Below are positions 39,381 through 39,390 of a DNA stretch of 39,390 nucleotides, one piece after another (the stretch's first letter is position 1; each line of letters starts with the position of its first letter). This DNA is from Escherichia phage HF4s. The stretch lies in sequence record MT833387.1; one strand, written 5' to 3'. The notes under the pieces are model-generated. The model searched no databases, was not told the DNA's origin, and saw only the letters and a list, made by a program, of their open reading frames with translations. Made by a program: the position numbers and the translations under genes.

Positions 39381-39390
39381 AATGACAATT

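Overview
This window appears to be a complete, circularly permuted genome (about 39.4 kb) of a temperate P22-like lambdoid podovirus, linearised at the small terminase gene; no host flanks are visible. Layout: Sf6/P22-type morphogenesis block on + (terS, terL, portal, scaffold, coat, gp4/10/26/14, ejection proteins gp7/20/16, tailspike, 14-16042); a gtrCBA O-antigen glucosylation module and a P4-type tyrosine integrase with an argW-like attP core (16069-20113); a leftward early operon on - (xis, ea-region genes, Lar, SSB, erf, kil, cIII, a charged coiled-coil protein, a SieB-position membrane protein, N; 20114-27729); a lambda-like immunity region (OL/PL/nutL, a membrane-protein locus in the rexAB position, cI, OR, cro, nutR, cII); replication genes with in-gene ori iterons; a lambda-like nin region (NinB, Dam methyltransferase, NinE/X/F/G/H, NinI phosphatase), Q, two tRNA genes, the S-R-Rz/Rz1 lysis cassette and three small genes before terS. 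Main hunt results: (1) five genes (portal, scaffold, gtrB, SSB, rex-position membrane protein) are each broken by an apparent 1-nt deletion in an A5/T5 homopolymer, which points to systematic sequencing error or a decaying prophage; (2) the cI-PL interval carries an uncharacterised small multi-pass membrane protein where lambda has rexAB, a candidate exclusion/abortive-infection determinant; (3) the tailspike is a mosaic of a P22-type head-binding domain and an unrelated pectate-lyase-like beta-helix; (4) a tRNA-like fragment is separated from the attP core by the xis gene. Coordinates of features not taken from the ORF track are approximate (+/- 2 nt); named homologies are from memory and need database confirmation.
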